A DNA stretch of 64,000 bases from Emiliania huxleyi CCMP1516 (lineage: Eukaryota). The notes beneath the pieces are model-generated. The model had not been told where the DNA came from, did not search any database, and saw only the letters and a program-made list of their open reading frames with translations. Positions 1-12,210 of this stretch are shown in pieces. Where the stretch lies: positions 221,015-285,014 of the forward strand of contig NW_005201259.1 of assembly GCF_000372725.1 (NCBI RefSeq), read 5' to 3'. Positions within the stretch are counted from its first letter, which is position 1, and each line of letters opens with the position of its first letter. Position numbers and translations under genes: made by a program.

Positions 1-277
1 TGAAGGAGTGAATGGCGACGGACTGTGTACCTTGTGGGCCACTTGGAGTACTTTTTTTCGAGGCGGTTTCTTTTGACTTTCGAACTTTTAGCTTACTGGG
101 AGAGAAAACTGAGGGAGAGGGAGGCGGCAGGCGCGCTTTCTAGGCCCCTTGGGCAGACCCTTTTAAGGCCGACTGCACGCTAAAGGCTACACGCTCGCAC
201 ACCACTTGCTGAGTGGCTCTCCCAGGCGCTCAGCCCATGGCGGAGGCACGCCAGGCCCCGGGGAGTCGGCCGTCACT

Positions 278-337
278 CGCCTAAGCGCCTAAGCGGCCTA
301 AGCGGGGGGGTGCTTAGGGTGCTTAGGCGCTTAGGCG
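278..337. repeat. Inverted repeat, (GCCTAAGC)n ... (GCTTAGGC)n
   Basis: gcctaagcgcctaagcggcctaagc-ggggggggt-gcttagggtgcttaggcgcttaggc read directly; probably part of a TE end. Confidence 0.8.
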
Positions 338-565
338 GCCCTTGCGAGCGTGGCGGCGTGGTGATATCGTAATACAGGTGACTCCGATGACACTCATGAT
401 GCTCCTGCTAGTGTCATCGCTCAGAGTGCAGCCTCACCACGTCCACTGTCTACCACTGGCCCTGCCCCTGGTCGGCGCACACTGCCGCTGAGCAGCGCTG
501 GTGCGGCTACTCAGCATCAGCCTCGTCACACGCCTCCGCCAGCGCCGTGAATTCCTTATCCAGTT

Positions 566-1120
566 CTAATACTCTTGTATCGCTGCCTTGACCGTGTCCG
601 CACCTGCATGGTCCAGCAAGTCGCCGTGAAAAAACCAAGCGACAGAATGGAAGCCACGGTCGTCGGGACCTGCCGAACCAGAGACGAGGTACTCCAAGCG
701 GTCGTCGTCTTCATCGACAGGGTTCCTCAGCGCCACCGCAGTCATCTGGCTCGGATCGCAGTAACGCACGCCGAGCACCTCTTCAATTTCCAGCAAGTCT
801 GCGTCCATGGACCCGGCAACCTTGTCGCTGGCGAGTGGTGGCAGATGACCGACATCCCACAGCACCAGCAGCAAAGGCGGGCGGGCCGACCCCGCGGCCA
901 TCGCCGCCGCTGCCGCCTCCCCCTCCGCCGCCGACCCCTCCGCCGTCGCCGTCACCTTGGGCTGCATCACCCGCGCCGCGTCGCGCACCGGCTCGTGCTC
1001 ATTCAAAGGCGCCTCGAGTTGCAGGCCAGCGGCACTGGCGTTGTCGTGGTCGGGCTGCCCAACGTCGGCGCAGGAGGGAGGGGGCAAAGCCGTTATGAAG
1101 AGCGCGAGTGCGAGCGCCAA
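566..1120 (-). CDS. Hypothetical protein with a chromodomain-like C-terminus (possibly TE-derived)
   Basis: EIEEVLGVRY...RLEYLVSGSAGPDD...VAWF...LLDHAGADTVKAAIQEY follows the chromodomain pattern IE.IL..R...EYLV...G....W....L...I..Y, but the match is degenerate. Confidence 0.35.
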   Translation of the reverse strand: MALALALFITALPPPSCADVGQPDHDNASAAGLQLEAPLNEHEPVRDAARVMQPKVTATAEGSAAEGEAAAAAMAAGSARPPLLLVLWDVGHLPPLASDKVAGSMDADLLEIEEVLGVRYCDPSQMTAVALRNPVDEDDDRLEYLVSGSAGPDDRGFHSVAWFFHGDLLDHAGADTVKAAIQEY

Positions 1121-1598
1121 GAGGGCCCAGATTCTGAGCAGCAGCCGGCCTGGTCATGCGACCACTTGCCGACGTGCGTCCAGCATTCCACTATAGGACG
1201 AACGTCGAAGTTTCCGACGTCGTGCCGAGCGAAACCTTTTCCTGCAGTCCTAGAGAGCACCTTGAGGCCATTCAATAGAGCCCGTACTATAGTCGAGGGT
1301 CGATCGCCGGCCGGCGCAGTGCTGCTCTGACTGCTCCGCCGGGCCGCCTCCGGGCTGCCGCCGCGGAGACGTGCACATAGGCAAGTTGGTATTTTCATAT
1401 ATGAACTTCAAAATAGTATTGGCTAGTCTAATTCTACTCATCACAACTCGCCAGGAACACCCCCACACTATAGGGTCATTGTGTAGCCCTGCTTAGAAGG
1501 AAAAGGTTTTGTGCAAGGTCCGTATGGCTCACCGTGTAGTCGGCCTTAACAAAAAAATCTTACGCGCGCACAAACGTTTGTCGTTTCACCTTCGGCCC

Positions 1599-3215
1599 AT
1601 GGCAGAGCCAGAGGAAGGATCCCCCACGCCCACCAGCCCGCCAGATTTGGACGCTGCGGAACTTGACGACGGCGTTGTCACAAACACGCCACCGCCCGAT
1701 TTGTTGGCTCCTCTCCACGTCGAGACGGACGCCTGTGATGCGAACGACTGTGATGACGAGGTGCTCTCTCCATGCAGCAAAGATGGCGCGCCACCCGTGC
1801 CAGGAGAGCTGGAAGGGGAGGAAAGCATGCGCTCAGCAGCTGCCGCGACAGTCATTGCGGCGGCGCGTCGAGGTCAGCTGTCGAGGCGAGGCGAGGCCGC
1901 CTCCTCGCCTGAGCCGGGTGCGAGTGAAGAGTTGGGCGGAGCACACGAGGTTGAAGTCGCGGAGGCTGATCTGCTGGAGACGAGCGAAGTGAGTGGCAAC
2001 GGCGATGGCAATGACGGCTGGGAGGGGCAGGGGCTGGCAGACGTGGAGGCGGAAGCGGCAAGGGGAGCTGAGGAGGGGGGGCGCAAGGAGTGCCCCGAGG
2101 GGGGGGGGGAAGATGATGAGGAGCAAACAGACGACGACGAGCTTGGCAGTTCTAGCCAAAGGGACGTGCTAGGTTCAGCGCTCTCCGACTCCGAGGAGGG
2201 CGATAGATGCGGCGACTCCGATGATGAGGTTGGGGCCGAGGCCACGGTGGCGGCGGAGGAGCGGAGGGCGCTGCTGGCGACCAACCGTGCGCTGCACAGC
2301 CGGCTCGCGCGATACCTCCAGATGGTCCGAAAGGGCGCCGAAGTGGCGGCAGTGAACATCAAGAGCGTGGTTGACCTCGAGGCGAGGTACTCCCGGTGCC
2401 TCGGGCAGGTTGGCGAGCTGCGCGACGGGTTGCTCCAATTGCGAGCGATGCAGGAGCGGGCAGCGAGCGAGGCGAGGCACAGGCTTGCGGACAAGGAGGC
2501 GAAGGCGGCCGAGATTAAGGACGCCTTCCGCGACTTCAAACGCGAGATCTTCGCGGCGGCGGAGAACTCGCGAACCGGGCGGCAACTTCCCGACTCGGTG
2601 ATCTCTCAGTTTGAGGAGCAGGAGGAGCTCAAGGAGGGCGAGGTGGAGAGGATGCGGCTGGCAAACATCAGCCGGCGTAACGCGCTGCGCAAGATGGAGC
2701 TCGCACTTAAGCAGAAGGAGAAGCTCGCGGAAGGCATTCATTTGATGGACTTTGAGCAGCTCAAGATTGAGAACCAGACACTCGGCGAGAAGATCGAGGA
2801 GCGCAACGAGGAGCTACTCAAGCTACGCAAGAAGACGACCACCACGGTGCAGGTCCTCACGCACACGAAGGAGAAGCTGCAGTTTGTGCAGGCCGACAGC
2901 CTGCGACTCAAACAGAATCTCGCCGACCTCGAGATAGAGCTCACCAAGAGGCGCGACACGCTCACACAGCTCAAGCAAGAGCGAGACGCGCTCAAGGCGG
3001 AGACAGCGACGCGCAAGCAGTCTCGCGGGCTGGTCTCCTCCGAGGAATTGCTAATTGATTTTGAGCGGCGGCGACAGTGGATCGACACCGCAACCGCCGA
3101 GGCTCAGCGGCTACAAGACCGCCATGCGGAGCTGCTGGAGCAGGCACAGCGCAGCAGCAGCAGCACCTCCTCTCTGCCCTCCTCTCAGGAGCGCTCGTGG
3201 ATCCGCGCGGGCTAA
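1599..3215 (+). CDS. CCDC96: Coiled-coil domain-containing protein 96 / cilia- and flagella-associated protein 184 (DUF4201)
   Basis: Intronless ORF with an acidic disordered N-terminus, then LKQKEKLAEGIHLMDFEQLKIENQTLGEKIEERNEELLKLRKKTTTTVQVLTHTKEKL, characteristic of CCDC96. Confidence 0.88.
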   Translation: MAEPEEGSPTPTSPPDLDAAELDDGVVTNTPPPDLLAPLHVETDACDANDCDDEVLSPCSKDGAPPVPGELEGEESMRSAAAATVIAAARRGQLSRRGEAASSPEPGASEELGGAHEVEVAEADLLETSEVSGNGDGNDGWEGQGLADVEAEAARGAEEGGRKECPEGGGEDDEEQTDDDELGSSSQRDVLGSALSDSEEGDRCGDSDDEVGAEATVAAEERRALLATNRALHSRLARYLQMVRKGAEVAAVNIKSVVDLEARYSRCLGQVGELRDGLLQLRAMQERAASEARHRLADKEAKAAEIKDAFRDFKREIFAAAENSRTGRQLPDSVISQFEEQEELKEGEVERMRLANISRRNALRKMELALKQKEKLAEGIHLMDFEQLKIENQTLGEKIEERNEELLKLRKKTTTTVQVLTHTKEKLQFVQADSLRLKQNLADLEIELTKRRDTLTQLKQERDALKAETATRKQSRGLVSSEELLIDFERRRQWIDTATAEAQRLQDRHAELLEQAQRSSSSTSSLPSSQERSWIRAG

Positions 3216-4481
3216 AAGAGAGCCGGCGAACGGCGATGAGCTTGAGCAGCGTTGAGCAGCGTATTCTAGTGGTGCTTTGTGTCACGCCGAAGCGGCCACT
3301 TATAGGCTCTGTGCAGCGTGTCCAGGGTTTCTTCTTTTTCTTTTGTGGTGCGTCTCGAGTGTTTTCACACTCACACACCCCCATCTCTCTGCGTCTCTTC
3401 TCTGGACTCTCTGCCTCTGGGGGGAGGCGGGGGCCCTAGAGGGTATCCATGCGGGGGGGAGGGAGATGGGGTCCCATGGCCCGCCGCAGGCGCCGATTTT
3501 TTCGGCACTTTTCTTTCTTTTTTGCCCAATTTTTTACTTGTTTTCATGGGAATTCGCCGTACTTGCGGCCATGCTATCACGCCTTGCGACAGCCTGTCGG
3601 CGCAGCTGACCGTGCCATGATGCACAATTGATCACCTGCATAGCTCGCGGCCTTAGTAGCCACCATTCAGTGACGACCTGATCGTACGGCCAGTAGGAAG
3701 GTGTCCTTCCAGCGCGTGCACGCTTCTGACGCAATGCGCGTCACAAACTGCCTCGGCGACTGGCTGCTGGCACTCTCGAGGCTATGCCTACACAGCCTCG
3801 CGCGCATGGGCAGTCAAGAGGGACCATGCACTTTCTCAGGACAGCGCCAGTGCCTCTCCCTTGGACCGGCAAACGTGGTGGTCTCGTGTCACCAATGTGG
3901 GACCAGTGCGGCATCGCGCCATCGACAGCTCTGAACTGCGCCTCACCACTGACCGGGAAGGCCGCCAAGTGGGCCAGCACCGGTCACACATTGTGGCAGC
4001 AGTCAGCAGTTGTCTGATAGCTAGAGCAGCAGCGTCAGGGTCGCAGGGTCGGATCATGTCAAGCCTCTCGCCCGGCCGGCCGCGTGCAGACGTCGGCCTG
4101 TCTGCTGTCTGGAGTGATCTGTCGGCGGTCAGTACGACCAATCAGGTCGGAGTTTTCTTATGGTTAGATGGTCTATCTGTATGTACTCCTCGAGACCTCT
4201 CCAAATCTGCCCTCTGATCAACCGTGATCATTTGGGAAGTTGGTGCTAACGGAGACTAACGGAGCCGGACCCGGAGCCCCGTTTCCGCACTCCGCTGCGC
4301 GGCGCACGGACCCACGGTGCCTCCGGGGGCCCCCGCCTCCCCCCAGAGCTCTCTGCCTCTGTTTGTTTACTCTCAGAAGACGCGAAGGATACACACTTGT
4401 GCGACTTTACCCAAACGATAAAACATCCTCGAAAAAACATCCTCGCGGTTCAGTCCCCTCGTGCTCGTCGCCACCTCTCAC

Positions 4482-7400
4482 TCACTGCAATTCCACGTCG
4501 CCCCACACGTCCTGTGCAGCCCGCCACGCCTCCCACGAGTCGATGGCGACGCTGCCCGAGCCGTCGTTCTCTCCGAATGCCGCAAGGTGGTTGTTGCCAA
4601 AGACATGGACGGCAAGGCGAGGCGCGCTCGTCAGGCGCGCCGCGAGCGCGCGCACTTGCTCGAGGGTCACTGCCTCAAGGGCGTCGGCCAGCTTGGCGCG
4701 CCGCGCCCAGTCGTAGGTCTCCTCCTCGATGGCTGTCCACCTCCGTGAGAATGCCTCGGCGAGAGTGCGGTCAGGCTCACGAAAGCGTGTCACGAGGGCG
4801 CCGCGAGCCGTCTGGAACTCGTCGGCCGTGAGAGCGCCGATCACGGCCTCCGGCACCGTGCGCAAGTAATCATCGATCGAGCGCTGCAGCTGCGGCGGCG
4901 CGAAATCCTTCGAGAGGATGAGGACGTACACGCCCGAAACGCACGAGCGGCCGCTCCCGTGGCGCATCTCGTCCGAGCGCACCACGTACCCCAGCTGCTG
5001 CTTGGTGCGCAACTCGGCGAAGAGCGGCTGCTGCAGCAAGCGGAGCAGCACGAGCAGCTGCGCGCGCTCCGGTCGAACGTCGAGCTGGCCAAGCTGGTAG
5101 TAGAGCAGGCAGCCAGAGTTCTTCTCCTCAGCGGACAGCGGTCTCATCGTGAGCCGCCAGGCGCCCGCGCGTACTTGTGTGACGGGCGAGTCGGCCCAAT
5201 CGGAGCGCGGGAGGGTCGCCTCTCTCGCCGCTGAGACGCGGCTCTCGAGCTCGGCGGCGATGGCGGCGGCGTCGGCGGCTGCGAGGTTGCCGTACGTGAA
5301 GACGAGGAGCTTGAGGCGCCGCACAAAACGCGCGTGGAAGGCTGCTAGCGAGTCGAGAGTGGCTGCCCTCGCCGCCTCGAGCTGTGCCTCCTTGGGCAGC
5401 CTCGTGGGCTCGAGGAGGAGGTGGAGGTAGTAGAGCGCAAGCCGGTCGGACGTCTGCTTGAAGTGGCCCTGCAGCTCGCGCACGTGCTTCTCACGGCGCG
5501 GCTCGAATCGCGGAGCGTAGGCTGCGCCGTCCCAGCGCAGCAGCTGGTCGGCGAGGGTAAGTAGGAGCCGTGGCAGCTTGTGCGAGAAGCCGGAGACGCG
5601 GAGGACGACGCCGCTCGTGTGCCGCGACACAGACCAGCTGAGGCCCGCCAGCGCCGCCGGGTAGAGCGCCGTGGCCAGGTGCTCGTCCAGCACCGCCATC
5701 CACAAGTTCATGTGCGTCACGTCGCTCACCGCCTCCGCCGGGCAGGCGAGGTGGAGGACGACGTGCGCCTTCGGCCTGCCAAAGGCCACCTCCGTCGCGT
5801 GCCAGTGCACCGCGTCGCTCGCCTCGCCTGCCTGAAGCGCGGGCTGCGGCTCGCCCTCCTCCTTCATCTCCAGCTCTGTCGCAAAGAACGGGTTCGGAGC
5901 GGGCAAATGCAGCAGCGGGGCTGGCGCGCCGCCGGCGGCGGGCATTCGCTCGCCGCGCCGCGCCGCCTGCAGCTTCTCGCGCAACGGCGATGCGATGGGC
6001 CGGCGCTCATACTGCACGCCGTAGTACGGCTCCGTGAGGCGCTGCGAGCCCGGCGGCAGCGACGGCGGAAGCGGCACAACGCAGACCGAATCCGCCTCGT
6101 CGTCCTCCTCGGGCGGGGATACGGCCTGGAAAGCCTTCGACTCGCGGGAGATGAGGACGCCGCCCGGGCGCATCGCCTCGAGGCAAGCGACGACGCCCTC
6201 CGCTGGAAAGCCGCCAAGCAGGCGGCCGCCCGAAAGGGCGAGCTGCGGGCTGTAGACGTGCATTCGGGCCGCCCACGACCTCGCCTCGGCAGCCGCGTCG
6301 CCCCGCTCCGCAAACCGCCACCGGAGCGCTCTCTCCATCGCGAGCTCCGCCCATGCCTCGCGCGCCGCCGCGCCCGCCCCCTCCTCCGCGAGCATCGCCA
6401 GGTACTCGAAGACGCGGCACAGCACAACCTCGACCCGCTCCTCGCCGAGCGGCGTCAGGTCGATCCGAACCTTGCGTAGCATTCCAACAGTGAGCCGGGG
6501 AAGGGACCTCTCCCATCGATCCGAACCTTGCGTAGCATTCCAACAGTGAGCCGGGGAAGGGACCTCTCCCAACCGAGCTCTGCGTGGATCCAGGAGCTAC
6601 TCGCGTCGTACCTGTGCAATGGCAAAGTCGCGCAGCCCCTCCGCGCCCGCGCTGACGGCGGTCGCAAGTCCCTCAGCCTGCAGGCACGCGTACAGCGACC
6701 CCTCCCCCTCGTGCGCGAGCAAGTGCGTGACGTAGTCGAGCACGGGCGCGCGCGAATCGCGGTGCTGGCTCAGCCGCGACGGCAGCGGGAAGGCGAGCCT
6801 ACGCGACGGCCCACGGAAGCTCCATGGGAGGGCGTCGGAAGGAGCGAGCGACGGCAGCGCGGAGGCGAGCCGGCAGGTCCTCCTCTCCTTGATTGGCACG
6901 ACCCGCAGCTCGAAGGGGAGCTGGCTCGCCACGAGCTCGCCCGCCCCGCAGCCCGCCCACGGGTGCGGCGGCCCCTCTGCCTCTGCCATCTCGGCAGCGG
7001 ACTGCACGAGCCGCGCCGCCGCCGCGAAGGCGGCAGGGTCGACGTCGGCGGGCGTTGCCGTTGCGCCCCCGCCCGTGCTGTCGGTGGTTGGGGCGCCGAA
7101 GATGCGGGTCGCGAGCTGCTCCGTAGCGTCGAGTGGCTTGCTCGAGATGAGTACCAGCGTCATCGCGTCCGTCCGGTAGAAGCGCTCGCGGTAGGCGAGG
7201 AGCGCAGGCCGCACCTCGACGCCCGCCGCAGCGGCCGCCTCCGCGCCGAGAGTCGACTTGTTGCCTACAGCCATTGTGACGAGATGCGATCGCAATCACA
7301 CGTTCTTGTTTAGAGGTGCGCGTCGTACGGCACGCGGACCCGTTCCGAACTTGGACCAGCTCTGCGAGCCGGTGGTGCGACCGCTCACCGAGTGCTGCAG

Positions 7401-7895
7401 CGCCATGCGCAGCCGCCGGTCGTCGTTGACGCGGTTGCGAGAGTCCTCGTTGGTGACCGCCTCGATTTCACGCTCCGCCGCGGATTTGTCCAGGAGCGGC
7501 GCGCCGACGAAAAACTGCGCAAAGACGTCAAGCACTTCCTCGAATCCACCCGCGTCAACCTCGAAGAAGTAGTTTGTGGTCTCCGCCGCGGTGGACGCGT
7601 TGCACCGACCGGCCCGAAGGCCAATCTGCTTCTTGTAGAAGGAGACGCCTGGATACTTCTGCGAGCCCTGGAAGAGCATGTGCTCGAGGTAGTGGGCGAG
7701 GCCGACCAGCTCGACCGGCGCTGTCCGCGCGCCCGCGCCGTCGACGCACATGGCTGCTGTCGCACGATGCTCGGCCTGCGGGTCGCAGACAGCGAGGGCA
7801 CGGACACCACCAGCGAGGCGTATGACGCGGTAGCGGCGTCGGTCCTCAACCGAGCGCTCGACGCCACCGCGCTCGTCGACGGTGCAGTGGAGCAT
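4482..7895 (-). CDS. M16 family zinc metallopeptidase (insulinase/insulin-degrading enzyme-like), multi-exon; start may extend to ~8159
   Basis: GLAHYLEHMLFQGSQKYP (HxxEH), NASTAAETTNYFFEV, EREIEAV, HLLAHEGEGSL, EPYYGVQY, LPAPNPF, FAELRTKQQLGYVV across ORFs 7296-8159, 6597-7295 and 4482-6572. Confidence 0.92.
6460..6571. repeat. 56-bp tandem duplication spanning an intron 3' splice site of the insulinase gene
   Basis: tcgatccgaaccttgcgtagcattccaacagtgagccggggaagggacctctccca starts at 6460 and again at 6516. Confidence 0.9.
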
Positions 7896-8682
7896 ATACA
7901 CTGCTCGCGCAGAGTCCTGCGCCCTGCCACCAGGAGACTGGTCTGCTATTGCCGCAGCCGCTTCACAGCTGCTCCTGTGGGAAGAGACCCAGGGGAGGAG
8001 CAGCGTGAGCAAGCCCGAGCCGCGAGCTGGGCCAGCCCACCAAGGGTACCCGAGGACCCGTCGAGCCTTCGGCGGGCGCGCTGCGGTCGCACGCCTACCC
8101 AAGTCATATGCCACGGCGTACGATCTAGATTCAGCACACGCGCCTCTGCTCGCAACCACTCATCCAATGAACTGTCGTCACCCATGAGTGCGAGTTAGGG
8201 CTAGCGGCTGGCCAATAGCCTGTGAGGAGGGCGTCCATAGACACCTCACAAGACCCCACACACGGTCTCGTCCATGCCTTGCGGCTGGCGACGAGATTGC
8301 TAGAGGCGGAGCAAGCCTGCTCTAGTCTCACACGTTCGCCCCTGTCGCCTGTCTGTGTTGTTGTGTGCTGTTGGTTTGTCTCTTGGCACCTTGGAGTGCT
8401 GGGGGGGGCGACAGGGGGGACGTGGCCTGAGTGATGTGTACGCCCACTCAGGATGTGTGGCAGCCCGCTGGCTGTGTGTCTTGTGAGCTTGTTTGTGTCT
8501 GTGTGTCGCTCGTGCGTGTCGTCATCATCTGTCTAGCGTCCACCCATACCGCGTCGGTGTCCAGTCCGAGCCTGACTGTTCTTCACCTTCCTACATACAT
8601 ACATACCCATGTGGACTCGCCGGGGCTCTGCTCCAAGAGACCTCGAGAGAGCGTGCGTGTGCCTCTACTCGCCAGCCCCGCG

Positions 8683-8850
8683 AGGTTCACAGCCTTGTTC
8701 TGAGAAGAAAATACGTCCTATGAATGGCGCTATGCGCTGGTCTGTGAGAGGTTGAGGTGCGAGCCCTGGAGCGTGAGGCCCTGGGGATGGGGGGAGACTA
8801 CCCGCGGGCCTAGAAGGCCCGCGCGCAGGGGGGTGGGGCATTGAGACCGG
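8683..8850. repeat. Dispersed repeat, inverted copy at ~25208-25484
   Basis: gagaagaaaatacgtcc...gtgagaggttgaggtgcgagccctggag...ggggagactacccgcgggcctagaaggcccgcgcgcaggggg matches the reverse complement of 25208-25280 and 25390-25484. Confidence 0.8.
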
Positions 8851-9457
8851 TCATGAATGAGTGCGCGACACGCATGTTGCGAGCAGCGTTGTTTGTTGAT
8901 GTTCTGCGCGTCCCACAGACGGCGGCGCGCGAGAGCTGTTGCGATTCACAGCGGAGTCGGCTGGGGCTACAGTATACCAGACAGACCAGGAGAGGCACTT
9001 GAGAGCTTCAAAAGAATTCAGATGAATGGGCCATCCCTCGCTTGAGCTGTTTTCCAGCCCCCCTCCGTGTCGCGATGCCGCTCCCCGCTCCCGTCCCCTG
9101 TGTCCCTGATCGTCCTTACAAGATCCTGCTCGTGCAGGTGGGGACCCTGTCCTTCTCCCACCCCTCGTTTGGTGTGTCCGTTTTAGTCTATTTATTTTAT
9201 TGCGACCTGTTTTCTTCATTTTGTTTGTATTTTTTTCGACACAGTGGGTGGAAGGGTGGGGCGACACATATCAACACGTCGTATCAGACTGTTAATCAGA
9301 AACGGTAAGTAGCTGTTAGGGGTAAGCGCGCGCGACATACTCAGAAAGTAGAAAGAACACGTAGCTACGGCACGTAGAGACAGACATGGTGCACCAGGGA
9401 CGTCGCATGCCAAAAACGGATCCTCCGTGACCCGACGTCACGAAAACAACGCGCGTA

Positions 9458-10429
9458 TCAGAGCGCAACGGCAAGCACTGGCGGGAGCACAATCACTGCG
9501 ACACCGACGGTCACCGCCGTGCCCACGGCGAGGCCGAACTTGGCCTGCTGCCAGAGCTGAAACCGCTTGGCGTCCCGCGCGCGCCTCTGGAAGGCACGCG
9601 CCATCACGCTCATCTGCCTCGCCTTCTCGTCAACCTCGTCCAGCTTGTCGCCGCGGTGGAGAAGGAGCTCGATGTTGTCGGCCATGACGAGCTTCACCTC
9701 GTCGACGCGGTCGCTCACCATTGCGATGCGGCCGCCGGAGCTCGCCTGCCCTCAGGGGTGCCCGACTCTGCCTCCGGCCTCCTCACCGGTCTCTCTCGGG
9801 GTTACTTCATGCGGGGTTACTTCAGCGTGCGACGGGGCGCCAATCTCCCTCGATCTCGGAGATCACGCCTGATCCATCCGCGCGAGCAGGGTCGGAGCAA
9901 AGTCGTCCTGCGCAGCAAGCGTGCCTGAGAGGTTGCGCACGTGTGAGACACCGTCACCGAACGCGCAAAGCCCTTCGGCCGCGGCGGACGCCTCCGCGCA
10001 GCCAGACCGGAGACTCGCGCAGCGGGGCGGAGAGGAGCGACATCTTCTCGAGAAAGCCGCGAGCCTGCAGCGGCACGAAGGCGGCGTCGAAGACTACGCA
10101 GTAACTCCACCAGACAGGCTCGTCTCGGCTCGAGGTTGAGGTCGAACTTTTGGTGTACACGTGGAACTTGAGCGCTCGCAGCGAGCCCTGCCGGTCAGAC
10201 TCCCTATATTGGCCGATACACAGTGTACACGCGCGCGCTCACGGACCACTGAGCGTTCGCCAGCCCGTGTTCGCCAGCCGGGGGAAGGAGATTTTCGCAG
10301 GATCCTCCTCGCTAACGCAAGCACTTCTCCCCCGCGTGTGTCCTCACCACATTCAGCCAGCACGACCGTGCCTCGCGTCACTGCCGCCCAGAGGAGCACC
10401 GGAGGGGACGAAGAGGCCGCGGGCTGCAT
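9458..10429 (-). CDS. VAMP7: Longin-type R-SNARE (VAMP7-like), multi-exon
   Basis: Longin N-terminus (LLWAAVTRGTVVLAECG; WSYCVVFDAAFVPLQARGFLEKM) and synaptobrevin domain with C-terminal TM (VDEVKLVMADNIELLLHRGDKLDEVDEKARQMSVMARAFQRRARDAKRFQLWQQAK). Confidence 0.85.
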
Positions 10430-10615
10430 TTCCAGGGAGCCGGGCGGGCGGTTAGGCATTCTTTGGCCGGTCGGTGCGAGCTTTTTGTGCCCTGGAAGAA
10501 GAATTCTTAAGATACAAGCCTCTCTCACAGCACACTGGAAGAAGAATTTGTGCCACATGCAAAGTGCTCCAAGCGTTGATCATGACAAGATACACTGCGC
10601 GCCTCCCAAGCCAAT

Positions 10616-11421
10616 GGTGTCTAAGGGTCTCTGGCACTCCTGGATGCATGCACGGTCACAACGGAGTAGCAATGTTCGGAAGTGTCCGAGCGGTCCCGAG
10701 CGGTCCCGAGCCGTCCCGAGCCGTCCCGAGCCGTCCCGAGCCGTCCCAACGGCCTAGATGCTAAAATTCGACCGGCGGGGGCGCGGCGCTTGGGCCAGCT
10801 TCCTGCAGGCGCGGATCAAGCCATGGGAGTATGGTCTTGGGGACAAGCAAGGCTTACGTCGGGCAGCGGCAGATCATCACAGAATGGAAGGGCCGGAACC
10901 TGTCCCTCGAGAAACAACGGTTCAACAAGACGGTGCAGCACTACCGTGGGCGTGTGGAGCACCTCATTGGCCAGGTAGTGGACAACCGTATGGCTCTGTG
11001 CACTACGTGGCGTGGCTCGTTCACCCTGCTTGCCGCGGTCATGAAGATCGCGGCGCACATGGTTGGGCTCCAGGAGCGTATGAAGGGACCTAGGTATGAT
11101 GTGTTTGGCCCGTGGCCGGTGTGCCCGCAGCAAATCGCGGCGCAGTTTCCTTAGTGCTTTGCTGTTTTTGCTGCTAATCTCATGATAAGTTTACAATATC
11201 TTCTCACTGCAGCACCTCCGCGCCGCTCAGCCGTGCAGCCCAGCCAGCCGGAGGCAGGCCGCAAATGTCCCAGCCGCGCCCCCGAGCGAGGCCGAGCGAG
11301 GCCGAGCGGTCCCGAGCGGTCCTGAGCGGTCCCGAGGGTCCCGAGCGGTCCCGAGCGGTCCCGAGCGGTGCCGAGTGGCCCCAGAGCACCCCAGAGCACC
11401 CCAGAGCCTACCTGAGACACC
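10616..11421 (+). mobile_element. Degenerate PIF/Harbinger-type DNA transposon (DDE_Tnp_4-like C-terminal fragment, frameshifted)
   Basis: KPWEYGLGDK/AYVGQ...QRFNKTVQHYRGRVEHLIG has the GDxxY...FN...R..VE..IG pattern. CAAG duplication frameshift at 10844-10851. Imperfect TIRs GGTGTCTAAGG (10616) and CCTGAGACACC (11411-11421). Subterminal (GTCCCGAGCS)n arrays at 10684-10748 and 11300-11375. Confidence 0.6.
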
Positions 11422-11925
11422 TGAAGAATTTTGGCATCGAAAGAATTTGAGAGGACGCTACGAGGTGGCATGAAGGTTGCAGCGAGAATCGGCGAGAGAC
11501 TGCGAAGAGAGATAGGAAGAGGCGGACGCCCAAAGGTGGGCGACGGCTAGCGCATCACACCCCTCTCCTTAAAATCCCTGTGTGGCGGCGGCGTGCCGTC
11601 CTCCCATCCCTCCCTTGGGCTGTCCGTTTTCTTTCTTTTCTTAGGACACTCGATAACACAGGTTAAATTCGCAGCACAACCCGGCTGCTGCACCACCCCC
11701 CCTCCCCCACGTTGCATTTCTGGCGAAAGAAGAATTTTACTCGGCTAACACAGGTTAACCTTAAATTCCTATGCGAGAGAGATCCCCTGTGCCCTGTGCC
11801 CAGCCCTCCGCGCCGCGATGCGCCCTCCCCCCTCGCTTTTGCAAAATCCTGCAAAGGTGGGGACGTGTCTGTCCTCGACCTAGGCCTAGCTTGGGATGTC
11901 CGTTTTATTTATTCATTTATACCTT

Positions 11926-12210
11926 GAGCACTTGAGCACTGGATAGGGTCGATTCCGCATGGTACGGGACCCCTCGATCGTCTCGCCCACCCTCACTGGA
12001 GTGTTCATGGGGGGGGGTCATAACAAACACGGTGCAGGATCGAGGTGCACGCTGCCGAAGCAGTGTCGTCCCCCCTCTCCCCGGCGGCGATGGCGGTGTG
12101 ACCGATCGAGCTACAAGAGGAGCTTGTTCAGCAGGATCCGGAGTGGCCAGATGCACTACCTCACTGGGCACCGTACGACGCATCCATCACCGTCTCGGAT
12201 TTGCGTGGAG
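11926..12210 (-). mobile_element. Non-LTR retroposon (SINE or LINE 3' end), 5'-truncated copy
   Basis: Reverse complement of ~24738-25031; (AGTGCTCA)2 tail; 13-bp TSD TCATTTATACCTT at 11913-11925 and 12211-12223. Confidence 0.8.

Noticed and set aside
575..1330. 251-aa plus-strand ORF, and the many other Arg/Ala/Pro-rich ORFs across the window
   Set aside because: Shadow ORFs expected from high GC content or antisense to real genes; no motifs.
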